Of a stretch of 64,000 nucleotides of DNA, positions 1-14,990 are shown one piece after another. A program made the translations under genes and the position numbers. The notes under the pieces are model-generated. The model made no database searches, was not told the origin of the DNA, and worked only from the letters and a program-made list of their open reading frames with translations. Numbering within the stretch: position 1 is the stretch's first letter; every line of letters starts with the position of its first letter. Source of the stretch: Felis catus (taxonomy: Eukaryota); assembly GCF_018350175.1 (NCBI RefSeq), contig NC_058383.1:25050001-25114000 (forward strand). The letters run 5' to 3'.

Positions 1-2064
1 CGGACTACAGCTTTCCATTTCCTCAAATTTCTCTCACAATATTCTGAGGCTTTGCCTGTGTTCTTGCTGGCTCAGCCCTAATACCAGTTCTCAGTGGGAC
101 CTACACAGAACCTCAGCTGTGTCATCTGTGAAAAAATATTTGTTTTGAACAACATGATGAGAAGAAGACATTAAATACATAAAGCATCTGCAAAATGTCT
201 GGGAAGTGTCCACTCACCCTTCTCACAGTTTCAATTAAGATGATATCTCCACACAACGATCATCAAAAAAAAGATGTTCATGGAAATTCATTAAATGAAG
301 ACTGTTAACACCTCAGCCCAGGGACTTCTATTAAAATCCAGGACCTACCAAAGAAAAGAAAATTATGAGAATGTGTATATTCAGAGATCTACATCTGAGA
401 TCTGAAGACAATCATTTTCCATTACATATAGACTCACACATGCAGCCTCACACTCAAATGTTCATCTGAGGCCACAGATGAACTACAGAAGACAGAACGC
501 ATGTAGGAAAACATAAGACTATAGGGAATTACACCAAAATCTCTTAAATCTCACTGCCTTATGGGACAACTATTTTGAAATTTGAAGAGGACTGTGCAAG
601 GTGACAGACTATGGTGATTATATACTTAAAAAGGGTGTCAGATCTGCCTGAATGCTTTCCCTGCCCATCCTGCCCCCTCCACTTTGTCCTTCCGAGTGTC
701 CCCTAATACACCTTTCACCGTTCTGTCTCTGTCAGCATCCGCTTCTAGGAGAACCTACTGTCACTCTCCATCAGTGCACACAGTGGGGTTCTTGTACACA
801 CAGGTAACAAACTGGCAAAAATGGCAGTGATGGTGGATAGTAGCAAGATCACCCTTTGTGTGGGGAGCCCGAGAGAGTTTTCTGGGGTGGTGGGAACCTC
901 CTACATCTAGATTTATGGAGGTGCTTATGCTCATTTATTGTGGAAATATGTACTGACTCCCTGGTGCCTCATGGTCAAATAGACAGGTATCTTTCCCTAG
1001 CATATGGCTGATTTCTAATGGTGGGTAAGGATGAGGGACCAGCAGTGACTGTGGGAGAGGAGTGAGGAGGCCACACATGGAGTCGGACCCTCGCCCAGGC
1101 TGCCAGCTCTCCCCATACAGCACCATGTGTAGGAGGGCTCTGAAGAGCAGAGATTTCTTGATCAGTCCCGTGAACTCCATAATCCTCCTGCGGATTCCTC
1201 ACTGAGGGATGGCCAGGGCAGAGGCCAGCAGCTGGAGGACACCCTGATCATGGCTGGAATGGAGCAGTGGACCTGGGGGATTGAGTCATGGAAAAGGAAA
1301 GGCAGAAGGTAGAGACAGGGAGTTTGAGAGACAAAGAAGAGAAGAGAAGGGAACTTTTATACCGACTTCAGCTACATTTCTGTGTGAACAAAAGGGGATT
1401 CCTGTCTCCAAGGGTGGGGAAGAGGACTGGCAAAAAGAGAGAGTGACATTCTCAGCTCAAGTGCCCAGGATATCTGCCTTGCTCTTGAATACCTAACACA
1501 GGAAGCCCGTGCTTTCTGTCATCATTGGAACTGCAGCTCGTACCATTTAGTGAAAATCCAATTATGAAGCCCTCATCATTAAAGTAGTGCAACAAAATTA
1601 CGTGAAGAGACACAGAGATACAATACAAGATAAAGCCCAACAGTAGACCGAAGGCAGTACTTACAGGAATATAGACTATCAGAAAAGGAGGTATCCCAAA
1701 GCAGGCATTCAGACACCTGGGCAATACCTGAAAACATAAAAAAATGTAGTCGTTTCCTCAAAATAAACATTAACGTTGGACACAAAGGAATCCAAAGGAG
1801 TTTGTACTACTAAATCAGTAGTGATTTAAGGATTAGAGAGATTTCATGGTGCTATACCCATGAGATCAAGTCTCGTCAAATTATACCCTTTAATTTGAAG
1901 CTATTTGTTATATGTAAATTAAGCCTCATTAAAGATAGTTTCAAAACATAAAATACTAGAAAAAAACTGTGGGAAAATTCCTTTCTAATCCTGAAGTCCA
2001 TGGGTGATATGAGTCTCTCTGACCATGTCTCAAAAATCCAAAAAAAAAAAAGATATTTAAAAAA

Positions 2065-4985
2065 TTAATAGTAGCAGAGTAGGAGGACCCTGAGCTCACC
2101 CTGTCCCATGTTTTCAACTACATAACATCCACATCCAAGTCCATAAACCAGAGAGCGATCCAAACACTGGCAGAACAAACTCCACAATAAATAGTGAGAT
2201 GCTGCATCTGAGAGGTTAAGAAGGTCAGAAAGGTGGAGGGCAAATGCCTGCAGAGAGGGCGGAGAAACTGAGTCCTCACACCAGGGAGCTGACACAGGGA
2301 AGACTAATCCCCTATCAGAGGGGCTGAATTCCTTGAGCTTGGATCCTGGAGCTTTGTGGTCAGCTGACTCAGTACTGGGTGATCCAGGAGGATGAGTGAT
2401 AGCCAGGTCCTTGCCTGTATAGAGAGGGAATGTAAACATGGTAGTTTACACAATGCCAGAGGCAACAGGAGACAGATCTGTTCATGCGAAATTCTGAGTG
2501 TGTTGCAGAACTTCTCCAACAATGAGAGAGCTCACAGGCACCATTCTTCTCCCCCACAACCTCCCCCTCCCCAGAATAAGCACAGAGGTACCTACCATGG
2601 GGTGGGGCTGCAAAGACACTTGATACCTAACCCACTAGTTGTGTGCCAGTCCTGAGTTCACTGGGGGACTCACTCACTCCAAGCCTGCTGGCCTCAGCCC
2701 TGGGCTCAGGGCAAACTTTGTTAAAACCACATGGGCACCCTGTCTGGCAAGTTGCATGCATAGCTGCCACAGCATTCTGTGAACATGAGTATTGCACCAG
2801 CCATGCACCCCCAGCCACCCTCATCTGTCTCACCCAGCCATATGTCCCAGCCACTGAAGCACTCTGTTCATAGTCTTGAACCCCTGGATGTCCTGGTGCA
2901 TAGCCACTAGCCACCAACGACATCAGGAAATCTGGCATAGGAATAGTAGCCCTGCGCGATTTTGGTAACACTCCTGCCCTGCTCCCAAGTTACCCAGAGG
3001 GCACACCACCCCAAAGCTGGCCTGCCTGGGTCCCACTAACACCACTGAGAGCAAGCACAGCCCACAACAGGCACAGAATCAGTGCAGACACCTGAACTGA
3101 AACGAAAAGTAACCCAGACACAACAGCAGGGAGTGAGCAATACCCATAGGATATTCTGCTGAAGGTCCAGGTTCTGGTAAATGAGGACATGCACTGCTAA
3201 GGACTCCAGGACCTCTTCTTCAAAAAGTCATTAGTTTCAAGAGCAGAAGACACAGATGACTTTCTTAACACAGAAAAATAGAGCCAGAGAGACAGACAAA
3301 ATGAGGACACAGAGATTTTTATCCACAATGAAAGAAGTAGACAAGGCCCAGACAGATCTAAGCAAAAGAGATATAAGTAACATATCTAATACAGAATTTA
3401 AAGTAGCGATCATAAGGATGCTCACTGGAGTTGTGAAACAAATAGAAAAGTGAGACCCTTCACATAGAGATAAGGAATAACACAGTAGACATTAAGGACA
3501 CAATAAAGGAGAAACATGCTTGCTGCAATGAACAGAGGGATGGAAGAAGCAGAGGAACAAACTAGTGACCTCCAACACTGAGTAATGAATATTAATCCCA
3601 CTGAACCAAAGAGATAACAGAATTCTGCAACATGAGACAAGACTAAAGGAATTTAGTGATTACAGCAAACATAATAACATTTGTATTATAGGAGTCCCAG
3701 ACGAAAGAGAAAAGGGGGCAGAAAATTTATTTGAGGAAATAACTTCCTTAATTGGGGGAAACAGCCAAAACCAGATAAAGAGTCAACTAAAAAAGAAAAC
3801 TCCAGGCCAATGTCCCTGATGAACATGGATGCAAAAATTCTCAATAAAATACTAGCAAACCAAATTCACTGATACCTTAAAAAAAATCATTTACCACAAT
3901 TAAGTGGGATTTATTCCCAAGCTGCAAGTGTGGTTCAATATTTACAAATCAGTCAATGTGATACATCACATTATCAGGAGAAAGGATAAAAACCATATGA
4001 TCAGGGCACCTAGGTGGCTCAGTCCTTTAAGCATCCGACATCAGCTCAGGTCATGACCTTGTAGTTCGTGAGCTCAAGCCTCACGTCAGGCTCTGTGCTG
4101 ACAGCTCAGATCCAAGAGTCTGCTTCAAATCTGTGTCTTCCTCTCTCTCTGCCCCTCCCTTGCTCATGGTCTCTCTCAAAAACGAATACACGTTAAAAGA
4201 AAAGAACCATACAATCATTTCAATACATGCTGAAAAAAAAAAAAACATTTCACAAAGTACAACATCCATTATTAAAACCGCAAAAAAAGTAGGTTTAGAG
4301 GGAACATACGTCAACATAATAAAGGTCATCTATGAAAACTGAAAACAGTTAACATCATCCTTAATGAGGAAAATCTGAGAGCTTTCCTGCTAAGGTCAGG
4401 AACAAGACAAGGATGTCTACTTTCAGCACTTTTATTAAACATAGTACTGGAAGTCCAAGTCACAGGCAATCAGACAAAAATAAATAAAAGGAATCCAAAT
4501 CAGGACGAAGTAAAACTTTCACACTTTGCAGATCACATGACACTATATATAGAAAACCCTGAAGACTCCGCCTAATAACTACTAGAACTGATAAATGAAT
4601 TCAGCAATGTCACAGGATACAAAATCATTGTACAGAAATCTGTTGCATTTACATACAACAAAAATGAAGCAAAAGAAAGAGAAATTAAGAAAAGAGTCCC
4701 CTTTACAATTGCACACCAAATAGTAAGATACCTATGAATAAATCTAACCAAAGCGGTGAGCAACCTGTACTCTGAAAACTTTAAAACACTGATGAAAGAA
4801 ATTCAAGATGACACAGAAATGGAAGGACATTCCATGCCCATGGATTGGAAGTACAAGTATTGTGAAAGTGTCTATACTTCCCAAAGCAACTGATACAATT
4901 AATGCAATCTCCATCAAAATACCAACAACATTTTTCACAGAACTAGAACAATCCTAACATTTGTGTGGAACAACAAAAGACCCCA
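2065..4985 (+). mobile_element. Degraded carnivore L1: 5' UTR and partial ORF1, joined by an internal deletion (~3760) to the ORF2 RT region
   Basis: ORF1-like DISNISNTEFKVAIIRMLT; ORF2-like ccaatgtccctgatgaacatggatgcaaaaattctc and ttgcagatcacatga (FADD-like). Confidence 0.9.
4004..4200 (+). mobile_element. Can-SINE inserted in L1
   Basis: gggcacctaggtggctcagt head, (CT)n segment, A tail. Confidence 0.92.
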
Positions 4986-4989
4986 TTCT

Positions 4990-5450
4990 TCATAGTAAAC
5001 TTCCTTTATGTGAAAAGATAATTATGGATGGTGTTCTACCTCTGGATCTTCTGCTCCCAAACACATAACTCCTGTCTAATCATTTGAAAACATTAGTCAT
5101 ATCCCAGACGAGGATCATTCTACAAAAGTACCTCTCAAAAGTTTGTAGTTCATGAAAAATATGGAAAATCTAAAAATCATCACGGCCAAGTGGATCCCAA
5201 TGAGACGTGATGACTGAATGTAATGTGCCAGCTGGGATGAGTCTGGAAAAGAAGAAATTAAAACCTAAGAAATTTGAGTAAAAATATAAACTTTAGTTAA
5301 TAATACCATATTTCTTCTGGATATTGACTATGATGCTGTACCAATGATAGGACATCAATAACCAGAAAACCGTCTGACGTGTGTGGAAGCTCAATACTAT
5401 CTTCCCAAATCTTTGGTAACTAGAAACCCATTATGAATGAAAAGATTATT
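4990..5450 (+). mobile_element. Old L1M 3' UTR fragment
   Basis: Resembles L1MC/MD 3' ends (aaacacataactcc...ctaatcat...gaaaacatt). Confidence 0.55.
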
Positions 5451-6654
5451 AGTAATCATGGTTTTATTTTTTTCAACACACAATATTATATAATTAGTCC
5501 TACTATTAGTTACTAGTGGTTGACATTTACCTATTCTTATTGTTCTTACTATTGTTTTATTTAAATAACAGCACTCATATTAAGGAAAACTGAATAATAC
5601 ACAATGATATACAATTAATAGAAACATTTATTTAACATATATTAAGATAATAATATATGTATATGCCACTGTATTATATGGTTAAGTGGTTTCCTGATCT
5701 TGAATGAGCATGTAATCGAATGGATTTCCATAAAGGTGGTTATCCTAGATAATAAACCATACTCAGATTTTACAGGATGAACTTGACTTCATGCCTGAAC
5801 ATTTTCAAAAAAATGTACAAATGGTCAGATGAATCATTGTGACTGGCTCACTTATTCTAAAGAATCCTTCAATCATTAAAATAATAATAATAATAATAAA
5901 ATAAAGAATCCTTGCTTTAATATTTTCATGCATATTTTTTAGCAGGAATACAACAGAATCAAATATTTCCAATTAAAAAAGATATTCAAAGATAGAAGAA
6001 TGATAGTGAGTTCAAGGGGTTTCAGAAGGAAAAATATGGGACCATGAAGGGGCAGTCACAGGCAAACAGCTTTATTTTGGCCACTTTGACAGGTTTGCAT
6101 GAGAAGATGTCCATCACAGCATGTGACCTGCCAAAGGCTAAGACCCAGAAGTACACGAGGGCAAGACAACGTTTTAGGAAGAGGTGACTTGGAAAGGGTG
6201 CTTCTGTGCCTAGGTGATGGCTCAGCAGCCTGGCTGGGGGGGTCCCTGGGTGAAAGACTTCAAATGGCCAGCAGTAACTTAGACTCAAAGATCTTAGGAA
6301 CTTAGATCAAAGTAACTTAGACCCACAAACATCTTAGAGCCACAGAGTTTATCTTCACCTACGATTAGTAGAAGGTTATAGTTTCACAGGATATGAAAAT
6401 CAGGCTGGGAGTGGATGGCTAAAATGCTATTTATGACTATGTTTTTAATAAAAACTGGATGTGTAAAAATTTGGGTTTGGAATGTTAAGAAAAATCCCAG
6501 GCCCATCATGGAGTTACTTACATTAAGGCCCCAGGAATGTAACCTTTAACCAGTCAACAAAGAATTTCCTAGTCAGTGCTAGAAATTTTACTGATAGACC
6601 CCTGTCATTCCCCTCAGGGAGGCAATCTTGCCTAAATAAGGTATTCCATGCCAC

Positions 6655-6835
6655 TAATTTTTTAATTTTTTTTATTTTTAATTTTATTAAGTTTATTTAT
6701 TTTGAGAGAGACAGAAAGAGAGCACATGCAAGGGAGGGGCAGGGAGAGAGTCAGAGAGAGAATCCCATGACTATGAGGTCATGATCTGAGCCAGTATCAA
6801 GAGTCAGACACTTAACCGAGCCACCCAGGCACCCA
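6655..6835 (-). mobile_element. Can-SINE, internally deleted
   Basis: T-rich tail, gagagaga, ...gagccacccaggcaccc. Confidence 0.88.
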
Positions 6836-9800
6836 AGAATGTGGAGTTTTAAAGGTTAGTAGGCTCAGCTGAGATACAGTCCTGAGGGCACTGCCCTACT
6901 CCTGGAGAGAAGGCAGCAAACAACTTGCAGATAGATGGCATGGAAACAGTGATCTGTACAATGCCTGGTGCACACAGTGGGGAGATTATACACTCATCTT
7001 GGAGCACATCCCTGAGCGGCAGGTTCACAAAGATGCCTCTCTAGGGACAAAGGAGCTGGGTGGTGCCATTTCCTTCCTCTGCCCCCCAGCATAAACACAG
7101 AGCCACCTGCTGGAAACAATGCAATTCCCACACTGGCTGCCTAACCTGTTTACACCAAGCCCCAACCCCTGTGCTCTGGTGAGACTGCCCTTCTAGGTCA
7201 AGCTTGCCCCAGTCCCAGTGGAGTTGGCCTCGTCCCCAGAAAACCAGCAGAAATCCCTGACCACACCACCTCTCTTGACCAGACAGTTCTGCAGGGCTTC
7301 AATTCTAGTGGCAGTAGTTTCAAGTCTCATTTAACAAGCAGATCAGAGCACACCAAGTTAAAACTCACCACATTCTGCCCAAGGACCATACATTGCCCAT
7401 ATCAAGCAAGGACAGCCTCTGCAGACAACTGGCCTGAAGGATAGTGTAGCCAGAACACAAAACAGTGCATGCAACACACACCAGAGACACTCCCTAAAGT
7501 GCCAGGTCCTGGACACTCTTCATAAAGCCATTAATCTCACAGGCAGGTAACATAATGAGCTTCTGTAACACACAGAAGGCAGATACTCAGACAAAATGTC
7601 AAGACAGAAGAATGCATCCCAAATCAAAGAACAAGATAAGGTCATGGCCAAATAATGGAAGGAACACTTCCAAACTCATTCTAGGAGGCCGGCATTGCCT
7701 TGAATCCCAAACTGGACAAAGACCCCACTAAAAAGGAGAACTACAGACTAATTTTCCTGATGAACCTGGATGTAAAAATCCTCAATAAAAATTATCAAAC
7801 TGGATCAAACAATACATAAAAAGAATTATTCACAACAATAGGTAGGATTTATTTCTGGGATGCAGGGCTGATTCAATATCAGCAAATCAACTGATATGAT
7901 ACATCACATTAATAAAAGAAAGGATAAGAACCACATGATCCTCTCAATAGATGCAGAAAAAGCATTTCACAAAATACAGCATACTTTCTTGATGAACAAT
8001 CTCTCATGAAAGAAGGAATAGAAGGATCATGCCTCAACATCATAACGTCCATATATGAAAGTCCCACAGCTAATATCATCTTGAATGGGGAAAAATTGAG
8101 AGCTTCCCCCTAAGGTCAGGAACACGACATGGATGTACACTCTCATCACTATTATTCAACATAGTGTTGGAAGCCCTAGCCTCAGCAATCAGACAACAAA
8201 AAGAAATACAAGGTGTCCAAACTGGCAAGAGAAAGTCAAACTTTCACTCTTTGCAGACATGATACTCTCTGTGGAAAATCCAAAAGACTTCACCAAAAAC
8301 TGCTAGGACTGATACAGGAATTCAGGAACATCTCAGGATATAAAATCAATATACAGAAGTTGATTCCATTTCTATGCACCAATAATGAAGCAGCAGAAAG
8401 AGAAATCAAGGAATTGATTTCATTTACAATTGCACTGAAAACCATAAAATATCTAACCAAGAGGTAAAAGATCAATACACTGAAAACAACAGAAATCCTC
8501 TGAAAGAAATTGAAGAAGACACAAAGAAATGGAAAAACATTTCACGCTCATGGATTAGAAGAACAAATATTGTTAAAATGTCAATACTACCCAAAGCAAT
8601 ATACACATTCAAGGCAATCCCTATCAAAATAACACCAGAATTCTTCACAGAGATAGAAAAACAATCCTAAAATTTGTAGAGATCGAAAAGACCCTGAATA
8701 GCCAAAGTAATGTTGAAAAAGAAAAACAAAGCTGGAGACATCACAATTCTGGATTTTATGGTGTATTACAAAGCTGTAATCATCAGCACAGTATGATACG
8801 GGCACAAAAACAGATACACAGATCAATGGAACAGAAAGGGAACCCAGAAACGGGCCCTTAAACATATGGCCAACTAATCTTTGACAAAGCAGGAAAGAAT
8901 ATCCAATGGAAAAAAGAGTCTCTTCAGCATATGGTACCAGGAAAATTGGACTATGAGACTACGTTCTTACACCATATACAAAAATAAACCCAAAACAGAT
9001 GAAAGATCTTAATGTAAGACAAGAAACCATCAAAATCCTAGAGGAGAATAGAGGCAACAACCTCTTTGATACTGGCCACAGCAACTTCTTACTTGACATG
9101 TCTCCAGAAGCAAGGGAAACAAAAATAAAAATGAACTACTGGGACCTCATCAAGATACAAAGCTTCTGCACAGCAGAGGACACAGTCAGCAAAACTAAGA
9201 GGTAACTGATGGAATGGGAGAAGATACTTGCAAGTGACATATTGGATAAAGAGTTAGTATCCAAAATCTATAAAGACCTTATCAAACTCAGCACCTAAAA
9301 TCCAAATAATCCCATGAAGAAACGGACAAAAGACATGAATAGACATTTTTAAAAAGATGACGTCCAGATTGCTGACATATGAAAAGATGCTCAACCTCAC
9401 TCATCATCAGTGAAATACTAATCAAAACCACAATGAGATATCCCCTCACACCTGACAGAACGGTTAACACTAACAACTCAGGAAACGACAGATGTTGGCA
9501 AAGATGTGGAGAAAGGGAACCTTTTTTTTAAAATATGAAATTTATTGTCAAATTGGTTTCCATACAATACCCATTGCTCATCCCAACAGGTGCCCTCCTC
9601 AGTGCCCATCACCCACTTCCCCCTCCCTCCCACCCCCCATCAACCCTCAGTTTATTCTCAGTTTTTAAGAGTCTCTTATGGTTTGCCCCCCTCCCTCTCT
9701 AAATTTTCCCCCTTCCCCTCCCCCATGGTCTTCTGTCAATTTTCTCAGGATCCACATAAGAGTGAAAACATACGGTATCTGTCTTTCTCTGACTGACTTA

Positions 9801-10855
9801 TTTCACTTAGCATAACACTCTCCAGTTCCATCCACGTTGTTACAAAAGGCCATATCTCATTCTTTCTCATTGCCAAGTAGTATTCCACTGTATATATAAA
9901 CCACAACTTCTTTATTCATTCATCAGTTGATGGACATTTAGGCTCTTTCCATAATTTGGCTATTGTTGAAAGTGTGCTATAAACATTGGGTACATGTGCC
10001 CCTATGCATCAGCACTCCTGTATCCCTAGGGTAAATTCCTAGCAGTGCCATTCCTGGGTCATAAGGTAGTTCTATATTTAATTTTTTTTTAGGAACCTCC
10101 ACACTGTTTTCCAGAGTGGCAGCACCAGTTTGCATTCCCCCCAACAGTGCAAGAGGTTTTGAAAGGGAACACTTTTGCAATGCTGGTGGGATTGCAAACT
10201 GGTGTAACACTCTGGAAAATAATATGGAGATTTGTCAAAAAACTAAAAATAGAACTACACTATGACCCAGCAATTGCATTACTAAGTATTTATCCAAAGG
10301 ATATACAAATGCTGACTTGAAGGGGCATGTGCACTTCACTGTTTATAGCAGCATTATTAATAATAGCTAAATTATGCTAAGAGCCCAAATTACCAGTGAC
10401 TGATAAATGGATAAAGAAGATGTGGTATATTTATACAATGGAATATTACTCGGCAATCAACAAGAATCTTGCTATTTCCAACAACATGGATGGACTTAGA
10501 CTGTATTATGCTAAGCAAAATATGTCAGAGAAAGACAGACATCATATGAGTTCTCTCATCTGTGGAATTTAAGAAATAAAACTGATGAACACAGCAGAAG
10601 GGAAGCAAAAATAAGACACAAACAGAGACGGATTCAGTCTATAAGAAACTCTTAAGTACAGAGAACAAACTGAGGGTTCCTGGAGGGTTACTGAATAGAA
10701 GGATGGGCTAAATGGGTGATGGGCATTAGGGAGGGCACTTGGGATGAGTACTGGGTATTTTATGTAATAGATGGATCACTAAATTCTACTCCTCAAACTG
10801 TATTCCACTATAAGTTAACTAACTTGGGCTTAAGTTTTGAAAAAGAAATATTAAA
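6836..10855 (+). mobile_element. Degraded carnivore L1 (5' UTR, deletion, ORF2 RT to 3' UTR) hosting a nested antisense L1
   Basis: ORF2 fragments such as MKDLNVRQETIKILEEN; 3' UTR gatgagtactgggtattttatgta. Confidence 0.92.
9521..10160 (-). mobile_element. 5'-truncated younger felid L1 3' end, antisense, nested
   Basis: Poly-T then aaatttattgtcaaattggtttccatacaa; flanking duplication GAAAGGGAAC at 9511-9520 and 10161-10170. Confidence 0.93.
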
Positions 10856-11432
10856 AATAGATAAAGAAATGTAGTAACATTCATAAGAAAAGAATATTTA
10901 AATGGGATTTTCTGAGTGAAAAGGAAAGACCAAAAGTGATACAGACAAGAAAGCATCAGAAAAAACATCAAGAAACAATGGAAAACAATTAATAACATGG
11001 CACTAAGTATATATCTATCAATAATTACTCTGAATGTAAATGGACTAAATGCTCCAATCAAAAGACATCAGACAGAGTGTAAGAATGGACAAAAACAAAC
11101 AAACAAACAAACAAACAAACAAAATCTATCTAGATGCTGCCTACAAAGCCTTATTTTGGATCTAAAGTCACCTGCAGATTTAGAGTGAAGGCATAAAGAA
11201 ACATTTATCATGTCAATAATGTCAAAAGAAAGCCAGTAGCAATACTTACATCAGACAAAATAGACTTTAAAACCAAGAGTGTGTTTTTTTTTACCCTTTG
11301 TGTAAATACCTAATAGTGAAATTGCATGCACCCAATGTTTATAGCAGCATTATCAAGAGCCAAACTATGGACAGAGCCCAAATATCCATCAACTGATGAA
11401 GGTATAAAGAAGTTTTGGTATATGTGTGCACG

Positions 11433-11469
<37 letters not shown>

Positions 11470-13137
11470 GAATATTACTCAGCCGTCAAAAAGAGTGAAA
11501 CCTTGCCATTTGCAATGATGTGAACGCAGCTGGAATGTATTATGCTAAGAAAAATAATGTCAATCAGAGAAAGACAAATATATGATTTTACTCATGTGGA
11601 ATTTAAGAAACAAAAAAGTTGAAAATATGGGAAGGGGAGGGAAAAGAGAAGAGTGGGAAACAAACCACAAGAGACCCTTAATGACAGAGAACAAACAGGG
11701 CTGATGGAGGATGGATATCAAGAAGAGCACTTGTGATGAGCACTGGGTGTTGTATGTAAGTGATGAATCACTGAGTTCTCCTAAAACTGATAATGCACTG
11801 TATGTCAACTAAAACTTAAATTAAAAAAATAAATAAAACAGTAACAAGAGATGAAGATTGACACTATCTCATAATAGAGGGAACAATCAAACAGTAAGAT
11901 CCAATGACTGTAAATTTTTATGCATCCAACAGGCGAGCACCAAATATATAAAACAATTAACAATTAACAACAAACATAAAGGAACTCATTTATAATACTA
12001 TAATGATAGTAGAGAACTTTAACACCCTACTCACATCAATGGACAGAGCCTCTAAACAGAAAATCAACCAGGGAAAAATGGCTTTGAATGACACACTGAA
12101 CCAGATGGACTTAATACATATATTCGGAACACTCCATACTAAAATAGCAGAATACACATTCTTTTCAAGTGCACATGGGACATTTTCTAGAATCAATAAC
12201 ATACTAACGAGGTCACAAATCAGGCCTCAACAAGTACACAAAGATGATATCAGACCAAGCATCTTTTCTGACCACAAAGCTAGGAAACTTGAAGTCAACC
12301 ACAAAAAACAAACAAACAAACAAACAAACAAACACAAAACCCAAAAGGAAAGACCACAAATAAAGAGAGGTTAAACAACATGCTACTAAACAAATGGGTC
12401 AACCAGGATATCAGTGAAAAAATACATTGTAACAAATGAAAATGAATATACACTGGTAAAAAACTTTGGACTGCAGCAAAAGCAATCCTCAAAGGGAAGT
12501 ATATAGCAATACAAGCCTACCTTAAAAATCAAGAAAAATATCAAGCAATCCAAACTTACAACTAAAGGAATGAGTAAAAGAACAATCCAAGCTTAAATCC
12601 AGCAGAAGGAAGGAAATAATAAAGATTAAAGCAGAAATAAATGATACCAAAACTAAAAAAAAAACACTAGATCAAATCAATGAAACCAGGGGCTGGTTCT
12701 TTGAAAACATTAATAAACCTGAAAACCTAGCCAGACTTATCACAGAGAGAAATGACTCAAATAAATAAAATTGCAAATAAGAGAGAAGAAATAAAAATCA
12801 CCACAGAAATACAGTTAGAAGATAATATTATGAAAAACTATATGCAAACATATTGGACACCCTGAGAGAAATAGATAAATTCCTAGAATCACATAAACTA
12901 CCAAAACTGAAACAGGAAGGTATAGAAAATCTGAAAGCAGAAAGGAATTGAATCAGTAATACAAAGAATATCTCCCCCAACACAAGAGTTCAGGACCAGA
13001 TGGAAGAGGTAATACCCATTCTTCTCAAACTATTCCAAAAAATAAAAAGGAAGGAAAACTTCCAAATTCACTCTATGAAGCCAGCATTACCCTGATACCA
13101 AAACCAGATAAAGACTCCACTGAAAACAAAAACTGCG

Positions 13138-13340
13138 GAGGTGCCTGGGTGGCTTGGTCAGTTGAGTGTCCTACTCTGAATTTTGGATTAGGTCAGTATC
13201 TCGCAGTGCATGGGTTCAAGCCCCACATTGGACTCTGCGCTGACAGTGTGGAGCCTGCTCAGGATTCTCTCTCTCTCCCCATCTCTCTGTCCTCTCTCAC
13301 TTTTATGTACTTTCTATCTTTATAAGTAAATAAACATTTA
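13138..13340 (+). mobile_element. Can-SINE (older)
   Basis: ggaggtgcctgggtggcttggtcagttgag head; CT-rich segment and A tail. Confidence 0.9.
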
Positions 13341-13354
13341 AAAATATGTTTTAA

Positions 13355-13602
13355 GGGGCGCCTGGGTGGCGCAGTCGGTTAAGCGTCCGACTTCAGCCAG
13401 GTCACGATCTCGCGGTCCGTGAGTTCGAGCCCCGCGTCGGGCTCTGGGCTGATGGCTCAGAGCCTGGAGCCTGTCTCCGATTCTGTGTCTTCCTCTCTCT
13501 CTGCCCCTCCCCCGTTCATGCTCTGTCTCTCTCTGTCCCAAAAATAAATAAATGTTGAAAAAAAAATTAAAAAATAAATAAATAAAAAATAAATAAAAAA
13601 AT
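13355..13602 (+). mobile_element. Young felid Can-SINE inserted in the tail of the previous SINE
   Basis: CpG-intact ggggcgcctgggtggcgcagtcggttaagcgtccgacttc; duplication taaaaatatgttttaa on both sides. Confidence 0.96.
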
Positions 13603-14821
13603 AAAAATATGTTTTAAAACATTTTTAAAATAAAACTGCAGGCCAATACTCTGATGAGCATGTATGTAGAAATTCTCATTAAAATACCTTCAAATTAAAT
13701 TCAATAACACATTAAGAGAATCATTTACCATAATCAAGTGGGATATATTCCTGGGCTCCAAGTGTGGTTCCACATTCACAGAGCAATGAACATGATGCAC
13801 CACAGAAATAGAAGAAAGGATAAGAATATGATGCTTTCAACAGATGCAGAAAAAGCACTTGACAAAATGCCACATCCATTCATGATAAAAACCTTCATCA
13901 AAGTAAATTGGAATCAACAGACCTGCACATAATACAGACCATGTATGAAAAACCCACAGCTAATCTCATCCTCAATGGGGAAAAATTGAAAGCTTTTCCT
14001 CTAAAGTCAGCAACAAGACAGGGATGACTCCTCTCACCACTGTTATTTCACATAGTACTGGAAGTCCGGGCCACAGCAATCAGACAACAGAAATAAATTA
14101 AATGCATCCAAATCAGCAAGGAAGGAGAACTTTCACTATTTGTAGATGACATTATGCTCCATGCAAAAAACATGAAAGACTCCTACAAAAATTGCTAGAA
14201 TTGATATATGAATTCAACAAGTCACAATATACAAAAATCAATGTACAGAAATCTATTGCATTTCTACAGACCAATTATGAATCAACAGAAAGAGAAATTA
14301 CGGAATCTATCCCATTGACAGGAGTACCAAATACCATAAGATACTGGAAATAAGCCTAACCAAAGAAGTGAAAGACCTTTACTCTAAAGGCTATGAAACA
14401 CTAATGAAAGAAATGGAAGAGAACACAGAGAAATGGAAAGACATTCCATGTTCATGGATGGGAAGAACAAATACTGTTAAAATGTCTACACTACCCAAAA
14501 CAATCTACACATGTAATGAAATCTCTATCAAACTGACAAAACAATTTTCACAGAACTAGAACAAGTAATCCTAAAATTTTTATGGAACCACAAAAGACCC
14601 CAAACAATCAAAACAAATTTGAAAAAAAGGAAAGATGGAGGCATCACAATTCCAGACTTAAGTTCTTTTATAAAGCTATGGTGATCAGAATGGTATTGTA
14701 CTAGAAAAAAACAGACACATAGATCAACAGAATGGAAACCCAGAAATGAATTCACATCCACATGGTCAACTAATCCTCAACAAAGCAGGAAAGAATATCC
14801 AGTGGAAAAAAAGATAGTCTT

Positions 14822-14990
14822 GGGGCGCATGGGTGGCTCAGTCATTTAAGTGTCTGACTCTTGCATTTGGATCAGGTCATAATATCAGGGTTAATGAGTT
14901 TGAACCACACATCAGTCACACCCTGCTTGGGATTCCCTCTCCCTCTCTCTCTGACCCTCCTCTATATGCTCTGTGTCTCTCTCTCAAAAA
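14822..14990 (+). mobile_element. Can-SINE abutting an L1 3' fragment
   Basis: ggggcgcatgggtggctcagtc...ctctcaaaaa. Confidence 0.9.

Noticed and set aside
13355..13430. tRNA-like A/B boxes
   Set aside because: Heads of tRNA-derived Can-SINEs, not tRNA genes
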